From contig JALEII010000023.1 in assembly GCA_022770345.1 (NCBI GenBank), positions 1-59,613 of the forward strand: a stretch of 59,613 bases of DNA, read 5' to 3'. Positions 27,165 through 36,909 of the stretch are shown one piece after another. A program made the translations under genes and the position numbers. Origin of the DNA: Clostridiales bacterium. GTDB taxonomy: Bacteria; Bacillota; Clostridia; Oscillospirales; Oscillospiraceae. The notes beneath the pieces were generated by a model, which was given only the letters and a program-made list of their open reading frames with translations, was not told the DNA's origin and did not search any database. Every line of letters starts with the position of its first letter. The stretch's first letter is position 1.

Positions 27165-29610
27165 CTTCGTCACCCTCCTCGTCGTTTTCCACAGAGCCGG
27201 AGATCAGGTTCAGGTCAATGTCGCCCTCCACAGTACCCCGGACAATACCCCGGATGGTACCGTTGACCTTGCCCCGGACCAAACCGTTGACGGCGATCTT
27301 GCCGTGGCCGGTTTTCCGCTCGCCAACACCCACACCGGGCACGGAGAAGGATGTCCGTTCCACCACGCCGCTGCCGATGAGCAAAATCTGAGGCAGCACG
27401 AACATAACCAGAATGATGGAAATGACCGTGCCTCGGCCCAGGCTCTCGCCGATGCCCGCAATGACCGGTTCAGAGGTCATGCTGCCGATCAGGAAGCCGC
27501 TGACAGACATGATGGCGCCGGAGGTGATGATGGTGGGGAATGCGAAGTTCATGGTCTCGGTAATGGCGCTGCGGTGATCCATCTTGGTTTTCAGTTCCTG
27601 ATAGCGGCTGGCAATGACGATGGCATAGTCGATGTTTGCGCCCATTTGAATGGAGCTGACAATCAGGTAGGCCAGATAGAACAGGTATTTGCCCGTAATG
27701 GTCGGGAAGGAGAAGTTGATCCAGATAGCACCCTGGATGACCAGGATCAACAGAATCGGCATACCGGCGGACTTGAAGGTGAACAGAAGCACCACCAGCA
27801 CGATGAGCACACTCAGGATGCTGACCACGGTGTTATCCACGGCGAAGGACTTCTCGAAGTCGTATTCGCTGGTGGAGTTGCCGGCAATGTACACGTCCCC
27901 ATCGGGATAATAGCTTCTGGCAATGTCCAGCAGGGTGTCCGTAAAGGCGTAAGTCTCGTCGCCGCTGACCGGCAGGGTCAGATAGATCAGCATCCGGCTA
28001 AAATCCGTGCCCTGCAGCTGATTCTTGGCGCTGAGCATCTGAGTCTGGGCATCCTTCAGGGTCTGGGTCTGGTCCTCGCTGAGGGAGACAATGCCCGAAT
28101 CGATCTGGTCGCAGACGTAGAGCATCATGTCAATGAGTGGCACCTGGTAAGTAGAGAGCTTTCCGGCCAGCTGACCGTAGTCCTCCTGATTGGCAGCGTA
28201 GGCAGCGTAGACCACCTCGGCCACCTCATAATCCAGTCCCGCCAGCTCCGCAAACTGCCGGGGGGTCAGCTTGTCGGCCAGCATATAGCCGTCCATGGCT
28301 TCGATGTTGGTCAGGCCCATGGTGTAGTCCACTTCCTCGTGGCTCTCAATTTCGGCAAGCATTTCCCGTTCCTTGTCGAAATTTCCCGCCGGGACCACCA
28401 GGGCAACCATATTAGAAGAACCGAAGTTGTCCTCGATCATCTGCTCGGCGATCTGGGTGTCATTGAGCTTCGGGGTGGACAGAATGCTGTAACCGTAGGC
28501 GTAGGGACACTGAGCGGAAAGCCGGAAGGCAAACACGATCAGCACCACGAACACCACCGGCACCACATGGCGGGTGGCATAGTCAATATGGCCCACGAAG
28601 GGGATTTTCGGCACGAAGCTCCGGTGGCCGGTTTTTTCGATAAGCGGGCCAAAGAGCATCAGCAGTCCCGGCATTACCAGGAACGCAGACAGCAGCGCAA
28701 AGGCAATGGCCTTGATAAGGCAGATGGCCATATCCGGTCCCAGCTTGAACTGCATGAACAGCATGGCCACCAGGCCGCCCACGGTGGTCAGGCAGCTGGA
28801 GCCAATTTCCGGAATTGACTTGGCCAGAGCCGTAATAACAGCCTCCCGGATGGGCAGCAGCCGGTGTTCTTCCTTGAACCGATTGCAGAAAATGATGGCG
28901 TAGTCAATGGACAGAGCCAGCTGCAAAATACTGGTCACGGAGTTGGAAACGAAGGAAATTTTGCCCAGCAGGAAATTGGTGCCCTGGTTGATGATCAGGG
29001 CCACCACGAAGGTCAAAATCAGCACCGGCACCTCGCCGTAGGTCTCCGAGGTCAGCAGCAGCACCGTTACGATCACCACCGCCACATAGACCATGATCAT
29101 GTTGATCTCCCGGTCGATAATTTCCGCCTGAGTGTTCCCCAGATCCGTGGACAGATACAGGTCATAGCCCGCCAGGGCCTCTTTTACCGCTTCCAGGGAA
29201 TCCAGACAAGCGTCATTTTTCTCGTCGTATTCAAAGGTCACAGAGAACAGGGCGGAAAAGTTATTATAGTGGTCGGTGGTCTCGTCATAGTCCACGCTCT
29301 GCACGCCCTTAATCTCTTTCAGAGTGTCGTGAAGCCTGGCAGCTTCCTCCTGGGTAATGTTGGCCACCATCACCTGGGCGGTGCCGTAGGTGATAAACTG
29401 GTCCTCCATTACATCCAGAGCCTTCTTTGTCTCCGAGGAGTCCGGCAGGTAAGCAGTCAGGTCATTCTCCACCTCCACCCAGTTTCGGGAAAACATGGAG
29501 AAAATGATGAGCAGCACCACGATAAGGTAGATGAGGTTCCGCTTATCCACAATAAATGTGGAAAGCTTTTCCATGAAGCTGCCGCCGCTCTCCGGCGTAT
29601 TGTTTTCCAT
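27154..29610 (-). CDS. MMPL/RND family transporter
   Basis: Twofold repeat with LALSIDYAI and MGANIDYAI, YLPDSSET loop, about 12 TM. Confidence 0.92.
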   Translation of the reverse strand: MENNTPESGGSFMEKLSTFIVDKRNLIYLIVVLLIIFSMFSRNWVEVENDLTAYLPDSSETKKALDVMEDQFITYGTAQVMVANITQEEAARLHDTLKEIKGVQSVDYDETTDHYNNFSALFSVTFEYDEKNDACLDSLEAVKEALAGYDLYLSTDLGNTQAEIIDREINMIMVYVAVVIVTVLLLTSETYGEVPVLILTFVVALIINQGTNFLLGKISFVSNSVTSILQLALSIDYAIIFCNRFKEEHRLLPIREAVITALAKSIPEIGSSCLTTVGGLVAMLFMQFKLGPDMAICLIKAIAFALLSAFLVMPGLLMLFGPLIEKTGHRSFVPKIPFVGHIDYATRHVVPVVFVVLIVFAFRLSAQCPYAYGYSILSTPKLNDTQIAEQMIEDNFGSSNMVALVVPAGNFDKEREMLAEIESHEEVDYTMGLTNIEAMDGYMLADKLTPRQFAELAGLDYEVAEVVYAAYAANQEDYGQLAGKLSTYQVPLIDMMLYVCDQIDSGIVSLSEDQTQTLKDAQTQMLSAKNQLQGTDFSRMLIYLTLPVSGDETYAFTDTLLDIARSYYPDGDVYIAGNSTSEYDFEKSFAVDNTVVSILSVLIVLVVLLFTFKSAGMPILLILVIQGAIWINFSFPTITGKYLFYLAYLIVSSIQMGANIDYAIVIASRYQELKTKMDHRSAITETMNFAFPTIITSGAIMSVSGFLIGSMTSEPVIAGIGESLGRGTVISIILVMFVLPQILLIGSGVVERTSFSVPGVGVGERKTGHGKIAVNGLVRGKVNGTIRGIVRGTVEGDIDLNLISGSVENDEEGDEDDE

Positions 29611-29754
29611 TGTCAGCGTCCTTCCTTTCTATTGGGCTTCGGCCCTGCTGATTTACAACTCTTTACGCTTCTCATTATAGCGTGCCTGAAAAAAGAATCA
29701 AGCGGACAGATGGCTCCCGGTGTGTAAAAATGCGGCAAAACCACGCCTCCACTC

Positions 29755-29785
29755 TTGACATGAAGGGAACTTCATGTGCTATAAT
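29755..29785 (+). promoter_or_regulatory. MerR-type promoter/operator
   Basis: TTGACA-19 nt-TATAAT with ACATGAAG-N4-CTTCATGT dyad (29758-29777). Confidence 0.75.
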
Positions 29786-29818
29786 AGGCTCAGATTATTT
29801 GAAAAGGAGATTGGTATT

Positions 29819-30682
29819 ATGCCATCCAAGGTTTATTTCACCCGCACCCTGACCCCCGAGAAGGTCGTGGAGCTTTACAGGGCTCTGGGCATCTCCCTGC
29901 CCGGCAAGGTCGCCGTGAAGCTGCATTCCGGCGAGGAAGGCAACCAGAATTTCCTGGGTCCGGATTTCTGGAAGCCCATGATGAAAGCCGTTTCCGGCAC
30001 GGTAGTGGAGTGCAACACCGCCTACGAAGGCTCCCGGAACACCACCAAGAAGCACCTGACTACCCTGGAAAAGCACGGCTGGAGTAAGCAGTTCCGTGTG
30101 GACCTGCTGGACGCCCAAGGCCCTGACATGGTGCTGGACATTCCCGACGGCCACAAAATTCACAAGAACTATGTGGGCAAGGACATGGCAAACTATGATT
30201 CCATGCTGGTCCTCTCCCACTTCAAGGGCCACCCCATGGGCGGCTTCGGCGGTGCCCTGAAGCAGCTGTCCATCGGCTGTGCCTCCGGCTACGGCAAGGC
30301 TTACATCCACGGCGCCGGGGACCCCGCCCAAATTTGGACTGCCGACCATGATTCCTTCCTGGAGTCCATGGCCGACGCTGCATCTTCCGTGGTAAAATAT
30401 TTCCACGGAAATATGGCCTTCGTGAACGTGATGAAGAACCTGTCTGTGGACTGCGACTGCTGCGCCGTGGCCGAGGACCCCTGCATGGCGGACATCGGCA
30501 TGATGGCCTCTCTGGACCCCATCGCCATCGACCAGGCCTGCCTGGACATGGTCTATGCCTCCAAGGACCCCGGCCGGGACCATTTGATCGAGCGCATCGA
30601 ATCCCGCCACGGCGTGCATACCGTGGAAGCCGCCGCCCAGCTGGGCTTCGGCAGCCGGGAATATGAGCTCGTCGAGCTGTAA
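29819..30682 (+). CDS. DUF362 family Fe-S protein
   Basis: VKLHSGE, ECNTAY, SHFKGH, GGALKQLSIG, DCDC, DPIAIDQAC. Confidence 0.9.
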   Translation: MPSKVYFTRTLTPEKVVELYRALGISLPGKVAVKLHSGEEGNQNFLGPDFWKPMMKAVSGTVVECNTAYEGSRNTTKKHLTTLEKHGWSKQFRVDLLDAQGPDMVLDIPDGHKIHKNYVGKDMANYDSMLVLSHFKGHPMGGFGGALKQLSIGCASGYGKAYIHGAGDPAQIWTADHDSFLESMADAASSVVKYFHGNMAFVNVMKNLSVDCDCCAVAEDPCMADIGMMASLDPIAIDQACLDMVYASKDPGRDHLIERIESRHGVHTVEAAAQLGFGSREYELVEL

Positions 30683-30717
30683 GTTTCCAAAGCCGTGAAA
30701 ATCGCACTTTCTTCCGC

Positions 30718-30816
30718 GCCGGAAGTCTGCTGATGATCCTGCGGCACCACGAGAATATTGGCCGGCTCCTGGCCGGTACGGAATCCCAACTTCACTTCTC
30801 TTCCAAAAAAGCATGA
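30718..30816 (+). pseudogene. C-terminal remnant of PlsY acyltransferase
   Basis: Reads LLMILRHHENIGRLLAGTES, the PlsY C-terminal HxxNIxRLxxGxE motif; no start codon. Confidence 0.6.
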
Positions 30817-30854
30817 AAAACCGGCTGACAGAGCATTTCTGTCAGCCGGTTTTT
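30816..30854. terminator. Bidirectional terminator
   Basis: AAAAACCGGCTGACAGA/TCTGTCAGCCGGTTTTT. Confidence 0.85.
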
Positions 30855-30960
30855 AGGGTTCGATGACCGTCAGGGCGTTTTCAAGAACATGCACACTGAC
30901 GGGCTTGGCGATGTAGCCGGTCACGCCCGCCTCCCGGTAACTGCGTCGGTCGGAGGCAAA
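30853..30960 (-). pseudogene. C-terminal remnant of a response-regulator receiver domain
   Basis: FASDRRSYREAGVTGYIAKPVSVHVLENAL* (AG..GYIAKP motif). Confidence 0.6.
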
Positions 30961-31174
30961 GCAGATATTTGGCAATGCCCTTTCCTGGCAAGAAAAGGAG
31001 CCCTACCGCAAAACATCCTCGGCAGTGACCCCGTGTTTTCTCACAACTGGCTTCCATTTTACAGGCCCTATCGCTTGGCGTCACGGTCTTTGGACTGCTT
31101 TGCCCGTATTTCTTTGTCCTGGATGGCACGATTACAACGCTGCGCCCGGCGTTTTTCAATACGAAACCGGAAGA

Positions 31175-32049
31175 TCATTCCGCATTTACGGCAGATGCAC
31201 CGTTTTCGCAGTGCTCCCGGAGCATTTCCCGTTCCACAAAGAGCACATAGAACAATCTGCCATAATAGCGGCTCTCCATGATCCGCCCGTGGTCCAGGAT
31301 CTCCCGATAAGTCCCGTCCTTCCGAGCAAAATGGAAGGTCACATAGTCGTTGCTGCCGTCCGCCTGAGAGTCAATCTGCCGCCAGATGCTCTCCTCCACC
31401 TGGTCGTACTCGTCGGGACGGACCAGATTCCGGAAGCTATGATTGCAGAAGCTCAGGAAATCCGTCAGATCCCGGCATCCGGCAAACCGGATCAGCTCCT
31501 GGTTGGCAAAGAGGATATGGTCATCGGTTTTATCCGCTTTGTAAATGAGGAACGCACCCGGCAGGTTTTCGGAAATGTCGTTCAGCACGAAGCCCAGCTG
31601 CGTGCGCTCTTTCTTTCCGCAGATCTGGTCGTCATAGGCCAGACAGCCCCCCTTTCCACCCATCTTCACCTCATAGAGCGCCATATCCGCCCGACTCAGC
31701 AGCGCCGAAACGCTGGACGCCTGCCGGGGATATTCCGCATAGCCCAAGGAAATCGAAAAATTCCGGGCCCGGCCTTCTGCGCAGAAGGTCCGCTGCCGGG
31801 CAGCAAAGCTGCGAATCCGCTCATCCGAAGCGGCAATGGTAGTATTCATCAGCAGAACACAGAACTCGTCGCCGCCGTTCCAGCCGCCTGTAGGCATTAC
31901 CTCATAGCTGACGGCGTTCATTTCCGCCATGGTATAGGCCTTCTCCCGTTCAGAGCGGGCATCCGATGCCAGTACCAGCAGCAGGGCAACACCCGTCAGA
32001 AGTACCGGCACCGGCAGCAACATTCCCCATGGAAACCTTTTTTCATCAT
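31175..32049 (-). pseudogene. Diguanylate cyclase (GGDEF + PAS-like), internally deleted and frameshifted
   Basis: ATGATG start is out of frame at an A6 run. The TM joins almost directly to GGDEF, so the N-half of the domain is missing. SISLG and ADMALYEVK are retained. Confidence 0.75.
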
Positions 32050-32304
32050 CCGATCCCCCTGAGATCGTTTGCACGCATAAAAGCGTTTGGAATTTACGTC
32101 ATATTATATCAGGTGAATGGTCATCTGTAAAACACTGGGAGTGAATTTTTGTTCGCTGTACAGCGAATTCTATCAGATCTTGTTCACACCCTACCAGAAG
32201 TGAACCCCATTTCATGCAAAAAGCCGGGCATTTGCCCGACTTTTCGTCTGATCTCGGATTCTTAAAGAGGATTTTCCTCCACGCAAAAAATGGGGATTCT
32301 TGGC

Positions 32305-33198
32305 TCACTTCCGGTACAGCCGGTTCAGCAGGATGTAGAGCAGGACCAGCAGTGCAATAGCCCCCAGCAGAATGGCGTACATTCCCGGTACGGTAATTTT
32401 CGTCCCAAAGGCGTAGATATTGCAGTCCACGCTGTCCCGGATGGCGTCGATGACCGCCGCCGGGATTCCTTCGGCTTCCATGGCCCTGAAAGGACCGTTC
32501 ATAGCGTGGTTCCGCATGAGGGCCGTGCCATAGGTCCCGGGCAGCAGGGCCACCGCATTCTGCAGGCCCTTGGAAAAGGAGGAGATGGGCATATAGGCGC
32601 CGCAGATGAAGCCGTAGCCGGAGCTGACGATGGTCCCCACGCCGGAGGCCTGGCCCTGGGTGGACATGGGGAACAGGATGCAGGAGGACAGGGCCGTGCC
32701 GAACAGCACCAGCAGAATGACGTCCAGCAGCACCGCTGCCACGTCCGCAAAACGTAGGCACCAGCCCGTAATGGCCAGATAGACAAAGCATACCCCCAGC
32801 GCCGTCAGGCAGACGATGAGCGTTGAAATCAGTGTTGCGAAATAATAGCCCAGAGCCAAGGTAGATGCCTTCACCGGCGTGACGGTCAGGTCCCGGCGGG
32901 CGCCGGTGACTTTATCCTGAACCATCACCAGGTTGGAGCAGAAGGCCACGGTGACGCAGCTTACCGCCAGCATGGAGGAGAAAAGCTGCCCACCCACGCA
33001 TCCGGCGAGGATTTTGTCGGAGATTTGAATACCGGCGGCGGTGAAAGTCTGCCGGAAGCTGTCCTCATAGACCTTTCGCAGGAACGTGCCGTAAAGCACC
33101 AGCAGAATCATCGGCGTGATGAGGGACGTAAGGAACAGGCCCTTGTCCTGAAAATAAATTTTTGCGTTGCGCTTGACCAATACCGACAGTGTTTTCAT
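32305..33198 (-). CDS. ABC-2 type permease
   Basis: About 6 TM; VTPV and GFICGAYMP motifs; ATGA-coupled to the ATPase. Confidence 0.88.
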   Translation of the reverse strand: MKTLSVLVKRNAKIYFQDKGLFLTSLITPMILLVLYGTFLRKVYEDSFRQTFTAAGIQISDKILAGCVGGQLFSSMLAVSCVTVAFCSNLVMVQDKVTGARRDLTVTPVKASTLALGYYFATLISTLIVCLTALGVCFVYLAITGWCLRFADVAAVLLDVILLVLFGTALSSCILFPMSTQGQASGVGTIVSSGYGFICGAYMPISSFSKGLQNAVALLPGTYGTALMRNHAMNGPFRAMEAEGIPAAVIDAIRDSVDCNIYAFGTKITVPGMYAILLGAIALLVLLYILLNRLYRK

Positions 33199-34103
33199 TG
33201 TTCCTCCCCCAGCTTTCTCCCGGTGACGGCCAGGAAGATATCGTCCATTTTGCCCTTGGTGACTTCAAAATCCCGGAATAATGCCGGGTTTTCCCGGATC
33301 AGCTGCGCCGCCTCCGCCGGATTTGCAACACTCACCCGGAAGCCGTCCCGGACCGGTGTATAGGGCCGGCCCAAAGCCCGGACCGCTTCCTCGTCCGCGC
33401 CATACAGGGTCACATAGTCCTTGGTGTAAGTATCTTTCAGCTTCAGGGGCGTCCCCTCGGCAGCAATCTGGCCGTGGTCCAAAATGACCACATAATCCGC
33501 ATCCGCCGCTTCCTCCATGTAATGGGTGGTCAGGAATACCGTCAGGCCCTCTTTTGCCCGCAGTTCCCCGATCACCTGCCAGAGCAAGCTCCGGGTCTGG
33601 GGATCCAGGCCGGTGGTGGGCTCGTCCAGAATCAGGATTTTGGGATGATGGAGCAGCGCCCGTGCAATGTCGATGCGCCGCCGCTGGCCCCCGGACAGTT
33701 TGCCCACAGGCCGTTTCAGCAGATTTTCAAAATCCAGCAGCCCGCTCAGTTCCGCCAGCCGATTTTTGAAATCTTCGCCCAGGATGCCATACAGGGCCGC
33801 CCGGCTCTCCAGATTGTCCCGGACCGTCAGAGACTTATCCAGCACGGAATTCTGGAACACCACCCCCAACTGCCGCTTTACGCTGTCCGGCTCCCCGTCC
33901 TGGTCCACCCCGCAGATGGCCACACTGCCGGAATCTTTCGCCAGCTGGCCGCAGAGAATGTGGATGGTGGTGGATTTTCCCGCACCGTTGACCCCCAGGA
34001 ACGCAAACAATTCCCCTTTCTTCACCCGGAAGGACAGGTCCCGGACGGCCTGCACGTCCCCAAAGGACTTACAAAGATGGCCAATTTCGATAACATCCTT
34101 CAT
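33195..34103 (-). CDS. ABC transporter ATP-binding protein
   Basis: GVNGAGKST, LSGGQ, ILDEPTTGLD. Confidence 0.95.
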   Translation of the reverse strand: MKDVIEIGHLCKSFGDVQAVRDLSFRVKKGELFAFLGVNGAGKSTTIHILCGQLAKDSGSVAICGVDQDGEPDSVKRQLGVVFQNSVLDKSLTVRDNLESRAALYGILGEDFKNRLAELSGLLDFENLLKRPVGKLSGGQRRRIDIARALLHHPKILILDEPTTGLDPQTRSLLWQVIGELRAKEGLTVFLTTHYMEEAADADYVVILDHGQIAAEGTPLKLKDTYTKDYVTLYGADEEAVRALGRPYTPVRDGFRVSVANPAEAAQLIRENPALFRDFEVTKGKMDDIFLAVTGRKLGEEQ

Positions 34104-34672
34104 GTTTCTTCCTCCTTTTTCCGATAATGAGCAATGAGGCCCCAATAAGCGTCGGAAAGCACTTTGCTGACAAATTCCTCGTCCCAGTTCAGGTAGCCTG
34201 TGGCGATCATGGTAGCGATGCCGTGGACGTACACCCACATTTCCAGGTGGAACCGGTAGGCTTTCTCCTCCGAAATGCCCAAATTTTTCCGAATCAGGGC
34301 AATGAGCGGAGCGATGCTCTCCCGGTCCTCGGTAATAACCTCTCCACTGCGGTCCCGCATGAAAAGCAGCTTGAAAAGCTCCCGCTCCTGCCGGGCAAAA
34401 CGGATGTAGGCCATGCCGCTGGCCTTGTAGGGGGGATATTTTCCGGCGGTCATGTCCTCCCGGAGAAAGTCGTTATATTCCCCCTCCGCCGCGGCGATAA
34501 CCGCCCTCTGAACAGCCTCCATATTCTCAAATTGTCCAAAAACCGGCTTGGAACTGGTGCCCAGCCTCTCCCCCAGCCCACGGGCCGTCACGGCGGCAAT
34601 GCCCTTCTCCCGGGTCAGGTCCAGGGCCGCTGAGAGAATTTCTTCCCGTGTGAATCGATTTTTCCGGGGCAA
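34100..34672 (-). CDS. TetR/AcrR family regulator (WHG-like C-terminus)
   Basis: N-terminal HTH, WVYVHGIA; AGGAGGT RBS 8 nt before TTG. Confidence 0.9.
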   Translation of the reverse strand: MPRKNRFTREEILSAALDLTREKGIAAVTARGLGERLGTSSKPVFGQFENMEAVQRAVIAAAEGEYNDFLREDMTAGKYPPYKASGMAYIRFARQERELFKLLFMRDRSGEVITEDRESIAPLIALIRKNLGISEEKAYRFHLEMWVYVHGIATMIATGYLNWDEEFVSKVLSDAYWGLIAHYRKKEEET

Positions 34673-34699
34673 GTTCACCGACCTCCTTTTTGGAAAACA

Positions 34700-34753
34700 T
34701 ACGTTGCGCTACGCTTGTAGCTTTATTATAGGTGCTTCAATCTCATTTGTCAA
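34700..34753 (-). promoter_or_regulatory. SigA promoter and likely TetR operator
   Basis: TTGACA-17-TATAAT (34725-34753) followed by GCTAC-N4-GTAGC. Confidence 0.7.
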
Positions 34754-34804
34754 GAAAAATTCCCGCCGGGTTCGAAAATGCCGAACTCAGCGGGAAGATG
34801 TGCT

Positions 34805-35480
34805 TTTTTGACAGTTCCGCTTTGGCGCAGCGGAGGGCGCTGGCGATGACCACGTCCATGTCGTCATACTTGTATTCGCCCAGGCGGCCGCCGAACAGGG
34901 TCTTGGTCTCTTTGTCCGCCAAGGTACGGTATTTCCGGTAAAGTTCCCCGTTTTTCTCGTCGTTGATGGGGTAATAAGGCTCCTCTCCCGGCTTCCATCC
35001 GGCACTGTATTCCCGGGAAATAACGGTCTTTTCCTGATCTCCAAACACGAAATGCTTATGCTCAATGATGCGGGTCCAGGGGGTCTCCCGGTCCGTGTAG
35101 TTCACCACGGCGTTGCCCTGATAGTTGGGCATATCCAGCACTTCCGTCTCGAAGCGGACCATCCGATATTCCAGCTGGCCATAGCAATAGTCAAAATACT
35201 GGTCGATGGGGCCGGTGTAAACGACTTTTCTCGCCATTCCGTCCCAAAGGTCCTTTTCCGCCAGAGAATCCACGTTCAATTTTACTTTCACCCCGTCCAG
35301 CATTTTCTCCACCAGGGCCGTATGGCCTTCTATAGGGATGCCTTGAAACCGGGCATTGAAGTAATGATTGTCAAACGTGAATCGTACCGGCAGACGGCGG
35401 ATGATAAAGGCCGGCAGTTCCGTGCAGGGGCGGCCCCACTGCTTTTCCGTATAGCCCTTCACCAGTTTTTCGTAAATATG
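34805..35480 (-). pseudogene. glf: UDP-galactopyranose mutase, 5'-truncated
   Basis: YTEKQWG, RLPVR, RIIEHKHF, EPYYP and GRLGEYKY present; the N-terminal FAD-binding GxG region is absent. Confidence 0.85.
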
Positions 35481-36866
35481 CAGAAACATATTTTTCCCAT
35501 TTTACTTGTCTTTTTGTTGGTGATTCCAGCCATCTTGCTCCTCTGGGGCTTTGCCCTTCCCGCCCAGTACGGCGAAACATTTCTGGGGGAACTGAGCGCC
35601 CAGGTGGACCGGCTTTCAGAAAGCCGGGGCCAGCGTATCATTCTCGTGGGCGGCAGCAGCGTGCCCTTTTCCCTCCGCTGCGATTTGCTGGAAGCGGCCC
35701 TGCCGGGCTATACCGTCATTGACTTTGGTCTTTACGCCGACATTGGTACGGCCGTCATGCTGGAGCTGCTGGAGCCGGAGCTGCGGTCCGGCGATTTGGT
35801 CATCATCGCCCCGCAGAACGCCCTGAACAACAACTGGTCGGCGGACAGCCTGTGGCAGGGACTGGACGGCCGGTTTGACCTGCTTCGGCGGCTGTCCCCG
35901 GACCGGCTGGAAAAGCTGCTGGCGGCGTTCCCGGGCTTTGCGGGAAAAATTCCGTTATTTCCTACATGGTTCCCCGGTTTCCATGGACATTTATGCCCGA
36001 TCTTCCTTCAATGACTACTGCGATATAGATTCCCCCCTGCGCGCCACCAACACCATGCCCGGCTGCTTCGACCCCACCCAGCCCATTTCCTTTGCCCCGG
36101 AGGTGCTGGACAAGGCGTTTGTGTCCACCCTGAACGATTTCGCCGCAAAAGCGGCAGAACGGGGGGTCAAGGTCTATTTCCGCTTTGCGCCCATGAACCG
36201 CTCTGCCCTGGACAGCACGGACCCGGACGTTTTTTACGACCATCTCCGCACCCATCTGCACTTCCCCATTCTGGGAGACCCAAACCGGAGCATTCTGGAC
36301 AGCGGCTGGTTTTTCGACACCAGCTTCCACCTGAACGCCGCCGGGGCGTGTATTTCACCCGTGGCCTGCTGGACGATCTAAAAATCCTTCTGGGGGACAC
36401 TACCCCGAATCTCATCGAATTGCCCGTCATTCCCGCCCCAGCCCCCACGGAAAGCGATGTGGGCAACGACCGGGACACCGCCTGCTTCCGCTATGAAGCC
36501 GTTTCCGGCGGCTGGCAGTTGGAGGGCCTTACGGAGGATGGGACAAATCGGCCGGAACTGATCCTGCCGACCATTTATCAGGATCAGCCGGTCCTCTCCA
36601 TGGCCGAAAATCTTTTTGAAAACAGCACAACTCTGCGCCGGGTCACGATCCAGCCCAATCTTTCCGTCCTGCCCGATGGGCTGTTCCGGGGCTGCACAAA
36701 TTTGACGGCCCTGGTCCTCACCGGCGGTCCCACGGATGATCTGGTGGGCAACGGCCTGACCGACGGGGCAGACTTCCGCATTTTCGTCCCCACCGAGAGC
36801 CTGGACGGCTTTGTCCTCGGCTACCGCTGGCAGAAATACAGCAGCCTGTTCTCGCCCATTGCATGA
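35478..36866 (+). pseudogene. Membrane-anchored SGNH/DltD-like + leucine-rich-repeat protein with two frameshifts
   Basis: TM and IILVGGSS in frame 1; D..FHLN after a shift near 35945; BspA-like LRR after a shift near 36347; no RBS. Confidence 0.65.
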
Positions 36867-36909
36867 AAAGCGCCACGGCAGATGCGTTTCCATCTGCCGT
36901 GGCATTTTT

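Noticed and set aside
32037-32049. Phase variation at the A6 run in the GGDEF gene start
   Set aside because: The run is short and the gene also has a large internal deletion, so restoring the frame would not give a functional cyclase.
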